A stretch of DNA of 64,000 nt from NCBI GenBank assembly GCA_040388455.1, contig JAZKBX010000038.1, positions 80 to 64,079 on the forward strand, in the 5' to 3' direction. The notes beneath the pieces were generated by a model that did no database searches, was not told the DNA's origin, and saw only the letters and a program-made list of their open reading frames with translations. The translations under genes and the position numbers were made by a program. Below are positions 1-9,845 of the stretch, one piece after another (position 1 is the first letter of the stretch; each line of letters begins with the position of its first letter). The DNA comes from Bacteroidota bacterium (GTDB lineage: Bacteria; Bacteroidota; Bacteroidia; 2-12-FULL-35-15).

Positions 1-343
1 GAAACAATCGGTTCAGAACGCGGTTTACGAACAAAAAGATCCTTTATTGGTTTATAAATTCGAATCGTTTGAATTATTTAAACGCATGGTTACGGATGTA
101 AATAAAGAAGTAGTGTCCTTTTTGATGCGTGCAAATTTACCAAATGAAACTCAAAATGCAGTGCAGCAAGCACGTGTACAAGCACCCAGAAAAGAGGTGG
201 TACAAACGAGCAGAAATGAAGCTTCTGATGAGGAGCAACCAAAGCCAAAACCACAACCTGTGAGAGTAGAACAAAAAATAGGACGTAATGATGCTTGTCC
301 TTGTGGAAGCGGTAAAAAGTATAAAAATTGTCATGGGCAATAA
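1..343 (+). CDS. secA: Preprotein translocase SecA, C-terminal end (5' part outside window)
   Basis: Frame 2 is open from the window edge ([29 protein letters not shown]...). It ends in the SecA zinc-binding tail [15 protein letters not shown]. Confidence 0.85.
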   Translation, partial: KQSVQNAVYEQKDPLLVYKFESFELFKRMVTDVNKEVVSFLMRANLPNETQNAVQQARVQAPRKEVVQTSRNEASDEEQPKPKPQPVRVEQKIGRNDACPCGSGKKYKNCHGQ

Positions 344-363
344 TCAATAATTTTTTTATTAAT

Positions 364-400
364 ACGCCTTGTTCTTAATAAAAGAATGAGGCGTTTTTTT
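364..400 (+). terminator. Rho-independent terminator after secA
   Basis: Imperfect hairpin acgccttgttctt / aagaatgaggcgt followed by T7, about 20 nt after the secA stop. Confidence 0.6.
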
Positions 401-428
401 ATAAATAATAATACAATAGGTCGTTAAA

Positions 429-2237
429 TTGGAAAGATCCGAACTCATACAAAACATTCTGCGCACACTCCCTGATAATCCGGGTGTTTACCAGTATTAC
501 GATGTGGACGGAAAAATTATTTATGTTGGTAAAGCAAAAAATTTAAAGAAGAGAGTATTATCTTATTTCAATAAAGACCAGCACGACAGCGGCAAAACAA
601 TGGTACTTGTAAAAAAGATCGTTGACATTAAATACATCATAGTTGATACCGAAATAGATGCACTTCTTTTAGAAAATAATCTTATAAAAAAATACCAGCC
701 ACGTTATAATGTTTTATTGAAAGATGATAAAACGTATCCCTGGATCTGCATAAAAAAAGAACCTTTTCCACGTGTGTTTACAACTCGTATTGTAGTTAAA
801 GATGGTTCCACCTACTTTGGCCCGTATGCATCGGGCAGAGTAATGCACATGGTGCTGGATCTGATCAAACAGTTGTATAAACTACGTAATTGCAATTTAA
901 AATTAGACGATAAAAGCATTGCTGCCAATAAATTTAAGGTCTGTTTGGAATACCATATCGGAAATTGTAAAGCGCCTTGCGTTGGAAAGGAAACGGAAGA
1001 AGACTACGATCAAACTATTTCAGAAATAAGAGAAATTATTAAAGGAAATATAAATACCGTTTCCCGCCACTTGAAAATTCTATTGCAACAGTATGTTGAA
1101 AAAATGGAATTTGAAAATGCACAAATTATTAAAGAAAAAATTGATCTGTTAGAGAAGTTTCAAAGTAAATCAACGGTTGTAAGCCCTACCATAAATAATG
1201 TGGATGTGTTCTCAATTGTTTCAGATGAAAAATCCGGATATGTAAATTTTTTAAAAGTAATGAACGGTGCAATTATTCAAGGGCATACTATTGAATTGAA
1301 AAAGAAACTCGATGAAAGTGATGAAGAGTTGTTAACACTTGCTATCGCTGAACTTCGTGATCGTTTTAATAGCGATTCTAAGGAAATCATTGTTCCGTTT
1401 GCAATTGATACAGAATTTCCAAACATAGAATTTACTATTCCACAGCGAGGTGATAAAAAACATTTACTGGAATTATCTGAACGCAATGTAGAATATTACA
1501 AAAGGGAAAAAATAAAACAGGAAAGTCTTGTTGATCCTGAACGTCACACCAAAAGGATCCTTGAGCAAATGAAAAAAGATTTGCATCTAAGCGAGGAACC
1601 ACGTCATATCGAATGTTTCGACAACTCCAATTTTCAAGGTGCTTATCCTGTAGCAGCAATGACGGTTTTTAAAGATGCTAAACCAAGTAAAAAGGATTAT
1701 CGACACTTCAATATAAAAACAGTAGAAGGTCCTGATGACTTTGCATCGATGGAGGAAGTGATTTACAGGCGATATAAACGTGTATTGGAAGAAAATCAAC
1801 CATTACCACAATTAATTGTAGTTGATGGTGGTAAAGGACAATTAAGTTCTGCTATTGAAAGTCTTGAGAAGTTAGGACTTAGAGGAAAAGTGGGGATTAT
1901 TGCAATTGCAAAAAAACTGGAAGAAATATATTTCCCGGACGATTCTATTCCCATGTATTTGGATAAACGCAGCGAAACATTAAAAATAATTCAACAGATA
2001 CGTGATGAGGCACATCGCTTTGGAATAACCCATCATAGAAGCAAAAGAGATAAAGGAACTTTAAAAACAGAACTTACTGAGATAAAGGGAATAAGTACTG
2101 CAACAGCACAAAAATTATTGTCACATTTTAAATCGGTAAAAAATATTAAAGAAGCAGAGGAAATACAATTAGCAGAAGTTATTGGAAATTCGAAAGGGAA
2201 GATCGTATTTTTAAATTATCATCCTTCTGTTATTTAA
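429..2237 (+). CDS. uvrC: Excinuclease ABC subunit C
   Basis: 602 aa. GIY-YIG N-terminus (PGVYQYYDVDGKIIYVGKAKNLKKRV...YQPRYN), a UvrC-type central region and a C-terminal HhH-like end. TTG is the first possible start after an in-frame stop at 417-419. Confidence 0.95.
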   Translation: MERSELIQNILRTLPDNPGVYQYYDVDGKIIYVGKAKNLKKRVLSYFNKDQHDSGKTMVLVKKIVDIKYIIVDTEIDALLLENNLIKKYQPRYNVLLKDDKTYPWICIKKEPFPRVFTTRIVVKDGSTYFGPYASGRVMHMVLDLIKQLYKLRNCNLKLDDKSIAANKFKVCLEYHIGNCKAPCVGKETEEDYDQTISEIREIIKGNINTVSRHLKILLQQYVEKMEFENAQIIKEKIDLLEKFQSKSTVVSPTINNVDVFSIVSDEKSGYVNFLKVMNGAIIQGHTIELKKKLDESDEELLTLAIAELRDRFNSDSKEIIVPFAIDTEFPNIEFTIPQRGDKKHLLELSERNVEYYKREKIKQESLVDPERHTKRILEQMKKDLHLSEEPRHIECFDNSNFQGAYPVAAMTVFKDAKPSKKDYRHFNIKTVEGPDDFASMEEVIYRRYKRVLEENQPLPQLIVVDGGKGQLSSAIESLEKLGLRGKVGIIAIAKKLEEIYFPDDSIPMYLDKRSETLKIIQQIRDEAHRFGITHHRSKRDKGTLKTELTEIKGISTATAQKLLSHFKSVKNIKEAEEIQLAEVIGNSKGKIVFLNYHPSVI

Positions 2238-2266
2238 CCCTGACAGGGTTTGAAACCCTGTCAGGG
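2238..2266. terminator. Bidirectional hairpin between convergent uvrC and gpsA
   Basis: Perfect 13-bp stem ccctgacagggtt / aaccctgtcaggg with a 3-nt loop, starting directly after the uvrC stop. No clean T-tract follows. Confidence 0.6.
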
Positions 2267-2282
2267 GGGAGAGTTGTAAAAA

Positions 2283-3281
2283 TCAAGACAACTCATTTGT
2301 TAATAATTCCATTTCAAGTGCGGGAGATTTTTTGCCATACAAAATATTGTAAACTGCCTTTGTAATAGGCATATCCACTTTATATTGCTTATTGATTTCA
2401 AACACACATTTTGTTCCGTAATAACCTTCTGCGATCATATTCATTTCTAATTGCGCTGATTTAACGGAGTAGCCTTTGCCGATCATTCCGCCAAAAGTGC
2501 GGTTGCGGCTAAACTGTGAATAGGCTGTAACCAGCAAATCTCCTAAGTATGCCGAACTTTTTATATCCCGGTCAATCGGATGAACTTCATCAACAAATCT
2601 TTTTATTTCTTGAATTGCATTTGAGATCAATACAGCTTGAAAGTTATCGCCATAGCCCAATCCATGACAAATACCACTTGCAATGGCAAATACATTTTTT
2701 AAAACGGCAGAATACTCTGTCCCATAAATGTCATCTGATACAGTGGTTTTAATATATCTGCATTTCAATTGAGAGGCTACAAAAGTTGCATTGTTGGGGT
2801 TTTGAGAAGCAACAGTTAAATAGGATAGTTTTTCCATTGCAACTTCTTCTGCATGGCAAGGACCAGTTATAACACCAATGTTTTCTACCGGTATTTTATA
2901 TTCTTTATTAAAAAATTCTCCAACAATTAAATTGTGCTCGGGAACAATCCCTTTTATTGCGGAGAACACTTGTTTGTTCTTAAAATCTTCAGCTGTTAAT
3001 CCGGAAAGCGCATCTTTCAAAAATGCAGAAGGCACAGCCATTATTAAAATGTCGGCCTTTGAAACAATCTCTTTTAGATTTGTATTTAACATTAGTTTAT
3101 CGGTGTCGAACTGCACGGAAGTTAAATAATTGGGATTGTGTTTGTATTTAGTAATATGTTCAACGGCAAGCGGATTACGGATCCACCAATGTATTTGCGG
3201 GACATTGTTGCATAACATTTTTACAATGGCCGTAGCCCAGCTACCTCCGCCTATTACAGCTATTTGTTGTGTTTTACTCAT
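2283..3281 (-). CDS. gpsA: NAD(P)H-dependent glycerol-3-phosphate dehydrogenase
   Basis: 332 aa with N-terminal Rossmann motif IAVIGGGSWATA. Overall GpsA-like sequence and length. Confidence 0.9.
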   Translation of the reverse strand: MSKTQQIAVIGGGSWATAIVKMLCNNVPQIHWWIRNPLAVEHITKYKHNPNYLTSVQFDTDKLMLNTNLKEIVSKADILIMAVPSAFLKDALSGLTAEDFKNKQVFSAIKGIVPEHNLIVGEFFNKEYKIPVENIGVITGPCHAEEVAMEKLSYLTVASQNPNNATFVASQLKCRYIKTTVSDDIYGTEYSAVLKNVFAIASGICHGLGYGDNFQAVLISNAIQEIKRFVDEVHPIDRDIKSSAYLGDLLVTAYSQFSRNRTFGGMIGKGYSVKSAQLEMNMIAEGYYGTKCVFEINKQYKVDMPITKAVYNILYGKKSPALEMELLTNELS

Positions 3282-3355
3282 TTTAATTAAAATCCGTTCA
3301 GATTATTTTAAAGTTAAAATTACTATTTTTTAGTGTTTTGCTCTTATGATTTGAA

Positions 3356-5602
3356 TTATATAAAATAGTACAAAACACTCCCGATTAAGATAAACCAAAT
3401 TACGACTGGTGCCCAATAATTTTTATTTTTTTTGATCCAGATATAACATAGTAGTATTAAAACAGCAAAGAATGAGATATAAGAAATAATTGCGGCTTTA
3501 ATAATTGCCGGATTTTTATAAAGGAACCGCACTTCATGCTCTCCCTTTGGAAACAAAACTGACATTGTCAAATAATTTGAAACTGTAATTTTTGCCGGTT
3601 GATCGTCAATATATACTTCCCATCCATCGTAATAACTTTGTAAGACCGTTAATAGTTGATTTTGAGATGCGCTGGCTTTTATATTTATTTCATTGGGATA
3701 AAAAGAGGTTATAGTTATATTTTCCTTTATTGGATCTGTATTATTTTTCTCAATTTTCGTAGCAATAGTTCTATAGTCGTCATCAGACAAAATAATTGTT
3801 TTGTTTGTTGTAGTGGCTGAGTCGAGTTTAGAAATTTCAGAGTTACTATAAATATTGTCAGAAAAATAAAGTAATGGATTTTTTTGCATTGCGTTGAATA
3901 AGTATGGAAATGAATCTACCAGCATCGCATAGTTTTTAAATGCATACGAATTAAATACACCGGCAGAAATACGTTTATGGAAAATACTTGTATTTCTGTA
4001 CAACCCGTGTTTTTGACCTATTTCCTCAGTGTTTTCAATAATGTTATTGTTCGGAGGAATTGGGAAGTTTTTGGGCAACGTTAAAATATAATCATGCAAT
4101 TCTTTAGGTGAATTGGGCGAGAACCCAACATAGGCAATGTTTAGTTGGAGTGCTATAAATAGATCCAACACAATAAGAATACTTGTAATGTTGATCCAGT
4201 ATTTCTTTAGTGAGGTTGTTATTGTAACAATAAACAATCCTAACAATAAAAGTTGGATAGAACCTTGAAGTATTATATTCTGGTAGAGCGAGGCAGATCT
4301 TAAAAAATCAAAAATAGTATTGAATTTATTAAAAAAGAAAAACGGTTGGCCCTGATTTTTTACAAATGCTATGACTACCAGTGCCAATAATGATAAGGCA
4401 ATGAGGATTGCAATCCGGAGTGTTTTTTTTAAATTAATTTCTGTTTCAGAAACAATTAATGCCAACTGTTTTCCGCCCAATAATAAAAAAATGAGTATTG
4501 AAAATAAACTGAAATAGCTTGGGAAACGGAACCGGTTAATCAAAGGGAAATAGTCGAAAAGGAATTTATGAACCGGTGTATATGCACCAAACGAAGCTAT
4601 TAAACAGATAATTGCAAAAACAAAAAGAACTTTTTCAAAAGGCTGTTTCTTATTTATAAATGCTAATAGTATAAAAACAAGTGTAATAATTCCAACGTAA
4701 ACATTACACATGGATTGGTCCGTATTAAAAAAATCAACACTATTAACTGTTGAGAAAGGAAGAAACAACGATAACAATGATTGAGGCGATAAAGGACAAA
4801 CAGCGGCTTGTTTATAGATCATTCCGCTTAACCGTGCTATGTAGGGAGCAGTTTGGTAAAAAGTCACCAATACTACAGATGCAAAAATCAGGGCAACAAA
4901 TCCAAATAGAAAGTTAAGTTTTATAAACTGAATAATATCTTTTTTGTTCTTTTCCCAGATCGCAGAAAAAATAAAATATCCAAAAATGGTAATGAACAAA
5001 TAAATGAGGATTATTGTAAAAGTGTGATTGCCTCCGGTGAGGTTAAAGAACACAAATATGGAGGCATATAATGCTCGTAAATAACTTTTTTCTACAAACA
5101 TTTTGTAATAATTCAAAATGATGTAAGGCAACCAGGCAGCCCCTATTATTGCATAAAAGTGCTGGACATGTCCAACAAAAAAACCGCTTAACATATAGCT
5201 GGCCCCTATTAAAAAGGCAACATTTTTTTTGTTATGAAAACATAAGGAAAGAAAATACATCCCCATGCCCGCAATAAAAACATAAAAAATAAATAAAAAA
5301 TGCAGTGTGTAATTCGTTTGGCCGGTTGTAATACTCAATAATATCGATTCGAGGTACCAGGTGGGGCCCTGTAAATCGGCATGTATAGGATAACCTAATT
5401 GTTGGTATGGATTCCAAAAAGGGAATATGTGATTTTGAAAACATTCTGAAATATAATACCGCCAAGGAATCCAGCAGTTTATCATATCATGAGTAACCGA
5501 GTATTTTAAAAACGAGATCTGCCAATAAGCAAAAACAGAAAGTCCCAGCAACAAAAAAGTATAAATGAAATGAGAATTTGGCTTTACTGCTTTAAGCTGC
5601 AT
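3356..5602 (-). CDS. YfhO-family polytopic membrane protein (putative glycosyl transfer/envelope)
   Basis: 748 aa with many hydrophobic segments. The N-terminal pattern (...FPFWNPYQQLGYPIHADLQGP...) is typical of the YfhO family. Confidence 0.55.
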   Translation of the reverse strand: MQLKAVKPNSHFIYTFLLLGLSVFAYWQISFLKYSVTHDMINCWIPWRYYISECFQNHIFPFWNPYQQLGYPIHADLQGPTWYLESILLSITTGQTNYTLHFLFIFYVFIAGMGMYFLSLCFHNKKNVAFLIGASYMLSGFFVGHVQHFYAIIGAAWLPYIILNYYKMFVEKSYLRALYASIFVFFNLTGGNHTFTIILIYLFITIFGYFIFSAIWEKNKKDIIQFIKLNFLFGFVALIFASVVLVTFYQTAPYIARLSGMIYKQAAVCPLSPQSLLSLFLPFSTVNSVDFFNTDQSMCNVYVGIITLVFILLAFINKKQPFEKVLFVFAIICLIASFGAYTPVHKFLFDYFPLINRFRFPSYFSLFSILIFLLLGGKQLALIVSETEINLKKTLRIAILIALSLLALVVIAFVKNQGQPFFFFNKFNTIFDFLRSASLYQNIILQGSIQLLLLGLFIVTITTSLKKYWINITSILIVLDLFIALQLNIAYVGFSPNSPKELHDYILTLPKNFPIPPNNNIIENTEEIGQKHGLYRNTSIFHKRISAGVFNSYAFKNYAMLVDSFPYLFNAMQKNPLLYFSDNIYSNSEISKLDSATTTNKTIILSDDDYRTIATKIEKNNTDPIKENITITSFYPNEINIKASASQNQLLTVLQSYYDGWEVYIDDQPAKITVSNYLTMSVLFPKGEHEVRFLYKNPAIIKAAIISYISFFAVLILLCYIWIKKNKNYWAPVVIWFILIGSVLYYFI

Positions 5603-5628
5603 TTTGTGAAATTTTAAATAGCAATTTA

Positions 5629-6867
5629 TTATCGTAATACAACTCCTAAAGGAGAGTCACCGCTTGTGTAATCAATATCGGATTGGGAATTGACAATACT
5701 TAATGTTGAATCCAATTTGGACCGTACGCTGTTTAATACTTCCTCCACCTTAATTTTTTTCATACACTGATTATCTCCTTTACAAGGAGGTGTTATAAAT
5801 TCATGAACGCATGGACTGCAATACGTGTTTTTATAAATAGTAATTGTATTTTCAATTCCACCATATTGTTGGGGAGAACACGGTCCGAATAAGGCTACTG
5901 TTTTAACTTTTAAAGCAAAAGCCATATGCATGGGGCCGGTGTCATTAGTGATCATCAGACTCGCATTAGCAATAAGTACAAGCAATTCCTTAATACTTAA
6001 TTTTCCGGAAGAGTCCAGCACATTTTTTTTAGCCTTTAGTTGTGATGACAGTCTACTGATGTATTCGGTTTCGTTTCCTGCACCTATCAGAATTATTTTG
6101 TGCTCTGGAAATTCATCACAGATCTTATGTATCAAAGTTGTAAAATTTCCCAGATCCCATCTTCTTTCCAAACGGAGGTCTGAAGCATTGGGATTGACAA
6201 CAATATACTTTTGCAGAACTGTGTTTAATTTTTGATCAATGATCTGAACAGTAGCAGGGTCGATATTGTTGGTGTTGATAGACAATTCAGCTACTATATC
6301 CTTACACCCCAGCAATCTTGCAAATTGTAAATAAGTTTGTGATATTGGAGATTTTACATTAAAATACAACATATGAGTATAGATTCCTTTACGGTATGTT
6401 TTATCATTTTTAAAAAAACCGATCCGGTTTTTTGATAAACTCATCGTTGCAATTACGCTGCTATAATTCGAGTAGATTTCCAGATCAATATATACATCCG
6501 GTTTTTGTTTCCATAATTTGAAAAGTAATCTCGTAGTAGACTTTAACAGTGCGAAAATTCCTTTATCAGAAATGGTAAATACTTTATCTATCTCAGTAAT
6601 ATGGGTTAATAAAGCTCTATTTGATTCATTGCTAATAAATACAATACTTGCATCAGGGTAGTTTTTACGTAATGTTTGTAGTAATGGAGTTGCTTGAATG
6701 ATACTCCCTAAACCTACAAATTTACAAACGGCAATGGTTTTAATAGGTTTATTCAGGGAATGGTCTATCCGAAGTAAAAAGCCTAAAATACGAGCCAACA
6801 CGTTTAATGTGTAGACCAGCGGAAGTCCGATAGTTCTGTCAATTAATATTTTAGTTTTAAAATTCAA
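5629..6867 (-). CDS. Glycosyltransferase family 9 (heptosyltransferase-like)
   Basis: 412 aa. GT9 C-terminal signature ITNDTGPMHMAFAL...ALFGP. Confidence 0.75.
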   Translation of the reverse strand: MNFKTKILIDRTIGLPLVYTLNVLARILGFLLRIDHSLNKPIKTIAVCKFVGLGSIIQATPLLQTLRKNYPDASIVFISNESNRALLTHITEIDKVFTISDKGIFALLKSTTRLLFKLWKQKPDVYIDLEIYSNYSSVIATMSLSKNRIGFFKNDKTYRKGIYTHMLYFNVKSPISQTYLQFARLLGCKDIVAELSINTNNIDPATVQIIDQKLNTVLQKYIVVNPNASDLRLERRWDLGNFTTLIHKICDEFPEHKIILIGAGNETEYISRLSSQLKAKKNVLDSSGKLSIKELLVLIANASLMITNDTGPMHMAFALKVKTVALFGPCSPQQYGGIENTITIYKNTYCSPCVHEFITPPCKGDNQCMKKIKVEEVLNSVRSKLDSTLSIVNSQSDIDYTSGDSPLGVVLR

Positions 6868-6994
6868 AAATTACTTATTTGTGATTAAACTTGTTGTCCT
6901 TATTTTAAGATCAAAAGAATTTATAAATTATTGAACTAACACACGTCAGAGTTAATTTGAATTTATTAAATAGTTTTCAATTTCTACACACTGT

Positions 6995-7046
6995 CTCGAC
7001 TCCGCTAGAAACGGCATCGAGCGTTGTCATTTCGAGCGGAGTCGAG
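6995..7046. repeat. Palindromic intergenic element
   Basis: Perfect 12-bp inverted repeat ctcgactccgct (6995-7006) / agcggagtcgag (7035-7046), with an internal tcgagcg duplication. It resembles the REP-like 'gtcatttcgagcggagtcgag' elements seen in Bacteroidota intergenic DNA. Confidence 0.6.
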
Positions 7047-7253
7047 AGCAATTATTTAACACATTGATTAACAGTGTTTTATTAGCTTTAAAGTTTTTTA
7101 GTTGAAACCTGGTTAAAGCATTTTCTTTAAAGTATAAACGCATATATAACTTTAAAAAGCTATTCGAAAATCGAAGATAATCATAGTAAATAAACATTGC
7201 CAATTTTTTTCTTCTTTAAGTATCTTCTAAAGGTTAACTCCAAACTAAAATTT

Positions 7254-7640
7254 TCAGAGCTGATAAAAGCATTTGGATTTTTTAGAATTGCAAATTGTTT
7301 TACGATTCAATTTTTTTAGTTTGGTTCGTAGTGTCAAGTTCATCCGATCAATATAATTTATTTTGTGCGCCTGCATTTTATGAATACTCTTCGGAATGAG
7401 ATGATTGTAGATATTTAACCCATTGCTATAAATAGCTTTAGGATGCTAAAGAAGGAAGGTGTCTGTCACTTTTTTTTAGTGTTGCTTTTGTTAGGCTATC
7501 TACTGCGATATCTATTACTTGTTTTGTTTTTTGTTAATCGCATAAACTACCCACTTCGTGTTTTTATTGATTGATTGGTGAGTGCATGGGACATTTTTAT
7601 AATCCAAAACAAGTAGGAATCATTTTTGAAAAGCTTGGTC
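7254..7640 (-). mobile_element. Decayed IS1-family transposase fragment
   Basis: Minus-strand 7439-7254 reads KAIYSNGLNIYNHLIPKSIHKMQAHKINYIDRMNLTLRTKLKKLNRKTICNSKKSK..., matching the IS1 InsB C-terminal pattern (IER-N-L-LR...RL-RKT-CFSKS). Upstream, shifted frames give ...SINKNTKWVVYAINKKQNK*. There are several stops and frameshifts and no intact ORF. Confidence 0.6.
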
Positions 7641-7690
7641 TTCCGGATATTATTCATTTGAATTAATAATCCTTTTTTGAATGGATTAAA

Positions 7691-8878
7691 TTAAACTGCA
7701 AAATCATCCATTGTTATATCGTTCAGATTCTTAACGATCAGTTTTGCATTTAGCTTACTTTGCAATTCATGAACTTTATCGCTGGGATAAAGGTCAATAA
7801 TAAAACACAGTTTCTTTTTAAGATCGAAATTTTCAAATAACATTTTGTTTATTTCGGAATCCTTTCCTCCGTACCCAATTATTATAAGTATTCCAGAATT
7901 TGTTAGGTTTTGTTTAAAAAGTTCAAAGAGCTTTTTATAAAGCAATGGTTCATTATATCTTTCGATTTTGGAAGTGGTTCCGGTAAGAAAATCACCATGA
8001 TAATTTACCCAATCTCTCTCGTAGGTGAGTTTATCATTAATTAGTTTTTCTTTATAGAATTCGGAAAAACCAATACCCCATCGTGTTTTTATATAATTCT
8101 CAGGAGTCATAACTGCACCTTCCGAACCATGATAAACCCCATAGTCTCTGCTGCCATGAAGTTTATATAATCTTATGTTGCTATCATAATTTCCAGTGTA
8201 ATATTCCATTCTACACTTATAACTCCGACCTTGGGTTTTTAGTTCTCCGTAATAAGGTGATCCAATTTCTTGGAAGCCATCGCTCAATTGTCCTTCAAAA
8301 AAATCAGTATGATTTAACCTCTCGAGAAAAAGATCGTGATTTAATGTATGAATATTTAGAATATTGTTTTTTGAAAATTCTTTAATAGATTTCAATAATC
8401 CAGTATAGCCATAATATGATTCCCCAATTATGTAAGCCTGATCATCATAGTATTTAAGACCTTCATTATCTTTTAAATAAAACCCTAATAGCTGATTAAG
8501 AATGTTCTTTAACCCAAAAAGAAGATCAGAAACGGAATTAAAATGAGTTCCAATATATTTTTTTGCGATTTCTTCTACTCCGGAATCCTTACTCGCCTCA
8601 CCTTGAATAAAATCATAAAATTCTTCGTAATCAAAGTGCCCGAATTTTAAATTGAAATATTGGAACAGTTCTTTGCAGAATTCAAAGTTGTAATCATAAC
8701 TTGTCTTATAAGGTTTCTCTCCCTTAGTAACAACTGCAAGTCCACCCATTGAATGAAATACAAATTCTTCTCCCGTACATTTTAAAAGCAAATTATTCAA
8801 TGTGCTACCAACCGGATAACCCTGATTTGCCGAAAATCCCGCCCCAAGTAAAAATGATATAGACTTTTCATTTTTCAT
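7691..8878 (-). CDS. SIR2-family (SIR2_2-like) protein, putative NADase effector
   Basis: 395 aa. Contains GAGFS near the N-terminus, HTLNHD, the catalytic-His context LYKLHGS, and IIGYGGKD. It starts 4 nt after the HNH gene stop. Confidence 0.75.
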   Translation of the reverse strand: MKNEKSISFLLGAGFSANQGYPVGSTLNNLLLKCTGEEFVFHSMGGLAVVTKGEKPYKTSYDYNFEFCKELFQYFNLKFGHFDYEEFYDFIQGEASKDSGVEEIAKKYIGTHFNSVSDLLFGLKNILNQLLGFYLKDNEGLKYYDDQAYIIGESYYGYTGLLKSIKEFSKNNILNIHTLNHDLFLERLNHTDFFEGQLSDGFQEIGSPYYGELKTQGRSYKCRMEYYTGNYDSNIRLYKLHGSRDYGVYHGSEGAVMTPENYIKTRWGIGFSEFYKEKLINDKLTYERDWVNYHGDFLTGTTSKIERYNEPLLYKKLFELFKQNLTNSGILIIIGYGGKDSEINKMLFENFDLKKKLCFIIDLYPSDKVHELQSKLNAKLIVKNLNDITMDDFAV

Positions 8879-8882
8879 TAGA

Positions 8883-9845
8883 TCAAGAAATTTTCTTTAA
8901 AGTAATTGGCATCGTAAAAACAAGTTGTTCCACAATATCCTTCGTCAATTTTGATAGAGGTCTTTTTTCAAAATCATCTTCATTATGATAATTTCCAAAT
9001 GCTACATTATATAATTCATCAATCGATCCAAGTTTAGGGAAAGCACTATGCAATATTTCAAGATATTTTCCATTTGAAACATTATGCCTTTTAATAATAT
9101 CTGCTATTTCTCCCCCATGACTCTCTTCATAAATTTCTTTTAATTTAAAAAGTTTAAAACTACTTAAGCACCTCTTTGACTTTTCAGGCTCTATCGGATT
9201 TGTTTGTAAAGTGATAGTATAATTTTTTTTTAGACCAACTGAGCTATCCATATCCATTGGAAAATAATTAATTTTTAAAGTGTTTCCAAAACCTTCTTCA
9301 TATGGATGTATGTATTTTCCATGTACAATTTTAGCTTGATTTTTAATTGTTCGATTGCAAATTAAGCAACTTGGGACAAGATTATAAAAGGAAAGGGCTA
9401 ACAATGGGTATTGCTTATGAGGAAAAAAATGATCAAAATCTGGTCGAACAGTTCTGCTCATCCCTTCTGAAACTGTAACGGTATAGTTTCTATTGCAATA
9501 TGGACAAGTTTTAAAATTTATTTTTTTGGCAAGGTCATAGCCGCAATAATGGGTGGCATTTTTTTTCGTAAACCATTTATAATTGAAAGCACTACTTAGA
9601 CCAGTATTATAGTGCTTTAATGATGCTTTACCAGGAGCTTTGCAAAATTGAATGTAATCTTTATGGAGAGTAAACAGAGCACTCGGTTTCGAAGTAAGAA
9701 TTTTTTCAATATTATCTTCTATAAATTCTCTTTGTCTTACTTTAAGGTTTGCAGTTTTAGCTAATATAGAAGCTTGCAATGAGTCATAATGCTCTTTACA
9801 AATATTATCAAGGTTTCTTAATAATGTTGACTTAATTTGTATCAT
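8883..9845 (-). CDS. ptuB: HNH endonuclease, Septu PtuB-like
   Basis: 320 aa. Motif CPYCNRNY...RPDFDHFFPHKQYP...YNLVPSCLICNRTIKN (HNH / TIGR02646-like pattern). Its start overlaps the upstream ATPase stop (TAATG). Confidence 0.7.
   Translation of the reverse strand: MIQIKSTLLRNLDNICKEHYDSLQASILAKTANLKVRQREFIEDNIEKILTSKPSALFTLHKDYIQFCKAPGKASLKHYNTGLSSAFNYKWFTKKNATHYCGYDLAKKINFKTCPYCNRNYTVTVSEGMSRTVRPDFDHFFPHKQYPLLALSFYNLVPSCLICNRTIKNQAKIVHGKYIHPYEEGFGNTLKINYFPMDMDSSVGLKKNYTITLQTNPIEPEKSKRCLSSFKLFKLKEIYEESHGGEIADIIKRHNVSNGKYLEILHSAFPKLGSIDELYNVAFGNYHNEDDFEKRPLSKLTKDIVEQLVFTMPITLKKIS

Noticed and set aside
90-347. Two minus-strand ORFs (85 and 67 aa) opposite the secA 3' end.
   Set aside because: They are antisense shadow ORFs with low-complexity, hydrophobic, His-rich translations. 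The plus frame carries an unmistakable SecA tail.
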